Assembly (NCBI GenBank): GCA_965644495.1
Contig: CBFFSA010000009.1
Location: 248,001-312,000 of the forward strand
Direction of reading: 5' to 3'
Length of the DNA stretch: 64,000 nt
From: Perkinsela sp. CCAP 1560/9
Taxonomy: Eukaryota > Protista > Euglenozoa: Kinetoplastea
How positions within the stretch are numbered: the stretch's first letter is position 1; every line of letters starts with the position of its first letter. This document shows positions 59,334-64,000 of the stretch, piece by piece. The position numbers and the translations under genes are program-made. The notes beneath the pieces are model-generated. The model worked only from the letters and a program-made list of their open reading frames with translations, was not told where the DNA came from and searched no databases.

Positions 59334-59861
59334 ATGCCCCAAAAGCGCGCTCGCTCGAGGACTTCCCGTGGAGTACTGAGCGATAGATCGTATTCTTCCC
59401 CCGCCCCCGTCAAAGAGAGTCACCGCATGCTTTTGGTGGCGGAATACGAGCGCACAGGATCGTACTCCGCTACGGCGCAGCACTTTGGTGTTCATGAGAA
59501 CACTGTAAAACGTTGGGTTGAACGTTTTACCCTTACGGGTGACGTGTTAACGGCATCCCGAGAGCGTGTCTCGACGGTGGCTACCCCTGCGTTCCTGGAT
59601 GTGGCTCTCAAGCTTGCCGACGAGGGGTATCGCGACCTTGTTTACGGCGTAGAGAGCTGGAGCGATCTTCTGCGAGAGATCCGTAGCCAAGGATTCACTT
59701 GCAGTCGACGGACCCTAGTCGACACATTGAAGAAGCAAGGCGTTGTGCTCCGCACTCTTCGGCGACGACCACCACTCACACTCGAACACAAGGAGAAACG
59801 GTTGCAATTTTGTAAGGCGATGCTCGAGAAGAGCGACGCTCAACTCCTTCATTTTGTTTGA
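59334..59861 (+). CDS. Tc1/IS630-like transposase N-terminal HTH domains (truncated)
   Basis: SYSATAQHFGVHENTVKRWVERF; CSRRTL...RRPPLTLEHKEKRLQFCK; TIR-like TA|caggggtgc at 59134. Confidence 0.8.
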   Translation: MPQKRARSRTSRGVLSDRSYSSPAPVKESHRMLLVAEYERTGSYSATAQHFGVHENTVKRWVERFTLTGDVLTASRERVSTVATPAFLDVALKLADEGYRDLVYGVESWSDLLREIRSQGFTCSRRTLVDTLKKQGVVLRTLRRRPPLTLEHKEKRLQFCKAMLEKSDAQLLHFV

Positions 59862-60337
59862 TGTGCTGGCGTAAATGATATGAGATGCTGTAGGAGATTC
59901 GTAGTAATACGTATTGACATACTCTACATTCAATCTGTAGTAAACCCTGTTCCGGGTTATTGTGCCCCCCCTGCACAATAACTGGCTCTAGGCACAATAA
60001 CTAAATATTGGAAAAACCCAAAAAAAAGGTAAAAAAAAATTGGCGCCGCTTCGCGGCGCCTTTTTTGTGCACAAACACGTTCATGTGCAGAATGAGTTCA
60101 ATTTAACGAGTGCGTTGCTGAACAAACACAGTTATGTTCGAGAAAATGGGAGTAAAATATTTTAGAGGGAGGGCACAATAATAGTGGTCGTTTCCACTTA
60201 TTGTGCCCCCCCTGCACAATAAGTAGCTCTAGGCACAACAACCCGGAACAGGGTTTAAGTTTACTACAAACTGATACAAGCTGATACAAATTACATTATT
60301 ATTTTCCCGATACATGTTCATCGGAAAAATGTTCATC

Positions 60338-60430
60338 GGGCATTGACATAGTAGAAATATGCCTGTGTCCGGGAGAGAAATGATGAGCTAGGAAAAAAAG
60401 TACAACAAGGTACAGAAACTGTATCTTTAT
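60338..60430 (-). mobile_element. 5' end of an SL-capped element inserted in an LRR gene
   Basis: SL-like 28-mer 60403-60430 plus half of the conserved hairpin; the rest is lost. Confidence 0.8.
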
Positions 60431-61050
60431 CGTTAAAGAGCCCAGCGTGGGTGGGAGAGAGGTAAGCACTAAAGGGCCCGTAAAGCCGTTCTCAGAGGCC
60501 CAAACCGTTTGAAGGGTACGGGGAAGTCGAGTGAGGTCAAATTCCCCGGTTAATAAATTATTTGAAATGGAAAACACTTTGAGTTTTTGAGATAACGCCT
60601 CTAGTTCTATAGGACCTGAAAAAGGTTCTCGTTGAGCTTAAGTGTGGAGACACTCTCGGGAAGCTGATTCAGCCGTGTGGTAAGAGCACCAGAGAATTTA
60701 CAGTGTTGTAACTCAAGACAAGTCAGAGCCCGTGGCAGTGAGCTCCATGGAATCGTTCCGATCAGCTCCGTCCCGTAAAGAATACAAGTGTTGACCGTGT
60801 CGAGGAGAAACTTCCAGCTCAGTTCGCCTTTTAGTCGTTGGTTCGTGAACTCAATATATTCGGGTCTTCCGTCTTCATCTAAATCTACGCCCTCCCATTC
60901 GGTTAATGAGACGGATTGTTTCCATGTAGAATGCGGATTCGTCACGTGCTTTAAGAAACAAAGAAGTTGCACATGAGGGGGCAACAAGGTGTTCTTTAGC
61001 TTAGCTCCGCGTGAGACGTCCGCGCAAACAGTTTTCTGGAACTTTAAAAG
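60431..61050 (-). pseudogene. LRR pseudogene (divergent subfamily), frameshifted and truncated by the SL-capped element
   Basis: ORFs 60607-60987 and 60299-60577; reads ...LPPTLGSLT directly into the element. Confidence 0.82.
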
Positions 61051-61390
61051 GACAATCCTAAAACTCTAGGAATTGTAATTATCCCCTTTCTTATACTTCT
61101 GCCGTTATCAGGACTTTTAGAAGAACACTTTTAGAAGGTCTTGAAGGGGCAACCTGAACTTTTGAAATTCTTTACGTATAAAGGGGGTTCACAAAACAGT
61201 ACTAACAGTAATAATTTATTTACGGGAAATCCATATTTTCCATACGGGTATGTAGCTAGGGGACTATCGAGCTAAGGGACAAAACATAAAAATGTTTATG
61301 AATCACATAATTTATGAATTATTTTCTAATACTTTATTTCATGAAAGGGATCTGAATTCATAAATTCATAGTGCGTATTAAATTATTATC

Positions 61391-62104
61391 TTAATCTAAG
61401 ATCACAAGCTTGGTATTCGATACATCAATGTGATTCCTTAACCGCCGATGGAGTTTACTCGCGAATATTGTACCTTCGAGGAGCTCATTGTTTTCTAATG
61501 AAATGGCATCTAGCTTCTCCGGTACGAGCGATAAATCTATAATCCCTTCGAATTTGTTTCCAGACAAGTACAATGATTCAAGAGTGCGTGGGAGTGCCCC
61601 CAAATCTAGTTTTCCCGTTAACAAGTTATCGCTAGCGTCAAGATATGCCAGATCGATGGGCAACTGTGTAAGGCATATATCACCAGACAATTCATTTCTT
61701 TCCATCCACGCTGCAGTAGAAAGCTTCGGAAGTCTGGTAAGATCCGGATTGCCTGTAAATTTGTTCTCCCCTAGATAGAAAGCAGTAAAATTTACTAAAG
61801 GGAAAAGGTCACTTAGGACAAGTTCACCACGTATATAGTTGTGTTCAATGTCGAGCGTCTCAACGGATATTGGAATATACTCAAATTTCATGGATCCACT
61901 CAGGTTTTAATGGTTCCACTTTATGTTTGTAACTTTCTCCTCAGAGTTGCACTTGATGCCTTTCCATTTGCAAGCGGAAACATCTGAACTCCAGCTCTCA
62001 TGATGAGTGTACAAACTGCTGGTGAGCCGCTCAAGATCCATTTCTTGTGGTACACTCACTGCACGAACTTTCGAAGGGCGCGTGGATGGAGCTTGGGAAT
62101 CCAT
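61391..62104 (-). pseudogene. LRR gene with a single in-frame TAA (61907-61909)
   Basis: ORFs 61907-62104 and 61391-61891 are in the same frame; ACKWKGIKC cap and LRR repeats. Confidence 0.82.
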
Positions 62105-63011
62105 TACACGTAAGTTAGATAAAATATTAAGGGTATTTAAAAAATACTACTATTTTTTTCCGGCAATGCCTGTCGACTATGTTGCAATGTCATTCTTACA
62201 TGCATCATTAGCGGACACCCGCCTTCCTCCACTCTTTTACCGCGGAGGATAGTATAGCGGCGTTGCCTTTTTGTACAGCCACATTAATGGCTTGTAGTGC
62301 ATGACGCAGGAAACCTTTTCTGTCATACGTATATACCTTGCGATCTCCTTTTAGGAGGAGTACTATTTTTTTTACTTGTGCAGAGGCTCTTCAATTCTTT
62401 TGCGCATCAATTCAAAAAGAATTCTACCATTCATTACCGACAAAGCATTTATTAAAGGATAAATGAATAAAAATACCCCTAAAAACCCCTGGCCACCAAT
62501 AAGGCGCCCCGCCTTATTTTTTGCATTAGGGGTCATGGTAGGGTTATGATACCATATTTTCGTTTTGAGATCTTTAATTTATATTAATTTATCCGTTAAT
62601 AAATAAATTTAATACGCCTAAAACGTACGGCTAGGGGGGACCTTCGATGAGTACTCATGGTAAGTTGTAGACTTTCGATGAGTAATCATCGAAGGTGTTT
62701 TTGACATTTTCATTTTTTTGCAATTTAGCAAATTGAATGGCCTAGTCTTCCCCTCCGGAGGCAAGACCGAACTGTGAGCGAAACCCACTTCTGGAGGCAA
62801 AAGCCCCCGTTTGCCAAGTCCCAACTGTGAGCGTAGCCCTGGGACAGTAATATATTTTTCGATGGCGGTCCTTGAGAAACCTGCTCCAGGCTTCGGGCTG
62901 GAAACTGCGGAGTTAAATAAGTTAAGTGACGTAGTTAAAGTAAAAAATACGCTTTTGTAAGAAAACTTCAATCAAATCACAGTTCTCAGACAATGCTTTT
63001 AGTGTGTTATC

Positions 63012-63110
63012 AAGTGTCCCGACAAAACGATTTTCGCTAAGGTTCACACTTTGCATATTCACCGGCAGACTCGTCAAACATACAGTTCCATTGAATCTGT
63101 TGTCAGTTAA
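63012..63110 (-). pseudogene. LRR-A internal fragment abutting an RLE element 3' end
   Basis: LTDNRFNGTVCLTSLPVNMQSVNLSENRF; an LRR-A 3' flank lies at 62870-63010. Confidence 0.82.
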
Positions 63111-64000
63111 GTTTAATTTATCATACCTTTATAAGGCAGAGAATATGCGGATAGGCCTGGGGGGCGCATATGACGCTGCCCAGACCTATCTTTTACAGAC
63201 GTTATACCCGTCCTTCTGTCCAAACGGCAGACTCACGGTTCTGCCAGATAATGAAACTGCCTCGAAGGGCGGTCTGCATTAGACTTTCTCGACATTTTTC
63301 CGCAAGCTTTGTGTCCTCGTCAAAGAGGAGGTTGAGGTTTCGACAAGATGTGAGTAACGAGCCGCGGGCTCCCACTTCGAATACAACAAGGGTCGTCCTA
63401 GGGTGATTAATGCGTCGTTCATGGAAGAGAGCATTATATTTACGGGATTTGCCCTCGTGCGCCTGAGACTGGTTCTCTTCCCAGGGCACAGTGAGCTCAA
63501 TGATGAACTCACTTCCATCCTTAAGTGTAATCAAACCGTCGGGGCGAAGAAGGTCCTCACTGGTGCCGAGCCATGCCGGGGCATTCCTAAATCCGGGGAT
63601 ATCTAGGTGTACGCTCTCGGTATACGGCGAACGCAGCAAGTGTTTTCCGAGCTCTTCAAGTAACATGTCATGACGGAGGGTGTATCTCCCTTGCTGAAGG
63701 GACTCTTTGCACCCCGAGAGCACGTGCCTTGTTGTTTGAGGTTCGAGTTTACATATGGGACATGTTACACTCGCACGCCGGAGACCCCAAAGCCGAAGAT
63801 TGGTTCTGGATGGTAGGGGTGAAAGCGTTAGTACTGAAGCTGCGAAGCGAGAAAGTTTTTCACTGTTGAGGTTGTTCAGGGCCGCTGAGAACTCTTTCGC
63901 GAGATCAGCCTCGGAGGGGAGGCTCCACCATTTTGCTGCTGTCGGTGCCCGTCTCTGAAGCTGATTTATGACGTAAGATTCATGGTTATCACGGGCTATC
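63111..64000 (-). mobile_element. 3' part of an RLE non-LTR retrotransposon (continues beyond the window)
   Basis: CPIC...HVLSGC, GRYTLRHD, RPDG, IELTVPWEEN, KSRKY, FEVGARG; homologous to 14777. Confidence 0.88.

Noticed and set aside
59133-59495. N-terminal extension of the 346-aa LRR ORF as a real domain
   Set aside because: It is the antisense strand of a Tc1-like element; LRR-family similarity begins only near 59111-59132.
60042-60066. Rho-independent terminator (ggcgccgc-ttc-gcggcgcc + T run)
   Set aside because: Eukaryotic transposon context; more likely an element-internal palindrome.

Overview
Eukaryotic, intronless, transposon-saturated region, most likely from a kinetoplastid or other euglenozoan. 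That assignment is inferred from a spliced-leader (SL)-like 28-mer, CRE-clade retroposons, a gag-YR-RT (VIPER/DIRS-like) retroelement and co-oriented genes. The only host-like genes are about 13 short leucine-rich-repeat (LRR, 23-aa unit) genes, pseudogenes and fragments, all on the minus strand. A closely related subfamily ('LRR-A': 12989, 14664, 16656, 19277, 33005, 40674, 49854, 63012) varies mainly at exposed beta-strand residues, is mosaic between copies, and carries a classical NLS-like motif. Most notable is a family of restriction-like-endonuclease (RLE) non-LTR retroelements and their short non-autonomous derivatives. They are inserted repeatedly into LRR genes, in the same orientation and at nearly the same codon of the LxxLxLxxN motif. 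Their 5' ends carry an invariant SL-like 28-mer followed by a covarying hairpin. LRR-A genes also appear to sit antisense inside the shell of a tyrosine-recombinase retroelement (YR on one side, RNase H on the other). Other observations: tandem HDV-like ribozymes, a 2A-like motif in a CRE element, a ~7.7/9.2-kb tandem duplication, decayed hAT, pogo, Tc1 and Merlin DNA transposons, and many MITEs. Boundaries of decayed elements are approximate and were read by eye.
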